Source of the DNA: Candidatus Bathyarchaeota archaeon
Lineage (GTDB): Archaea > Thermoproteota > Bathyarchaeia > Bathyarchaeales > Bathycorpusculaceae
Length of the DNA: 64,000 nucleotides
Assembly: GCA_963832745.1 (NCBI GenBank)
Contig: CAWHVC010000005.1
Span: 1-64,000 of the forward strand
Direction of reading: 5' to 3'
Made by a program: the position numbers and the translations under genes. Below, in pieces: positions 63,601 through 64,000 of this stretch. Numbering within the stretch: the stretch's first letter is position 1; each line of letters begins with the position of its first letter. Below the pieces are notes generated by a model, which was not told where the DNA came from, did not search any database, and saw only the letters and a program-made list of their open reading frames with translations.

Positions 63601-64000
63601 ATGGCAACCAGCATCGCAAAAGCAACAGAATTAGGCTTTGCTGAGTTCGCCTCCACCCTTATTTCTGAAACCCTTAACGCAGTTGTCACATCAATACTAA
63701 CACAGGAAAAACAAGCCGTCCGAACTAGAAAAGCAAACATTGCTTTCACCTGAAGAATACGCGAAAGAGAACTTGACTGATGAAATAATTAGGGCAGAAA
63801 TAATGCGTCTTTTCCCTTCCAGCACAGGCAAAGAGGACAAAAGCTCCGTGGACATTGGCGAACTATATACAGTTAAGCAAAGAAACTGGCGAGTCACCCG
63901 CAATAAACGAGAAAAGTTGGTTACAAAATAATAAAAACAGACGTGACATCCCACAACCCAAAACAGACTATACATTAACCAAACAGGCTACACAACAGTT
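63601..64000 (+). CDS. Paralog of the preceding gene (frameshifted, runs off window)
   Basis: MATSIAKATELGFAEFASTLISETLNAVVTSILTQ aligns with ...EIKFPEFTSKLITDVFDALIAANIRQ. Confidence 0.65.

Overview
Archaeal genomic window. Gene content (TiaS, archaeal TyrRS/AlaRS, demi-Lrp proteins, DUF2206/DUF1616 glycosylation locus, PEF-CTERM protein, Zn-ribbon integrase) suggests Bathyarchaeia; this taxonomy is inferred. 1-12.4 kb is the right part of an integrated element abutting the 5' end of tRNA-His(GUG). It carries a GIY-YIG nuclease, RHH/wHTH regulators, a HEPN-like gene, a type I RM system, a wHTH-Rep-like gene and a tyrosine integrase, many of them frameshifted. 12.5-31 kb is mostly housekeeping (tyrS, alaS, tiaS, mdh, pyrB) plus an unexplained ~210-nt structured RNA candidate and a wHTH/ATP-cone/class III RNR-like protein lacking its catalytic residues. 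32-59 kb is a ~27-kb surface-glycan locus. 59-61.5 kb is a CBS-HPF (hibernation-like) operon. From 62.8 kb there are tandem paralogous unknown genes. A CCTATAGG/CCTAATAGG-cored dispersed repeat occurs four times. All calls come from reading motifs by eye; no searches were run.
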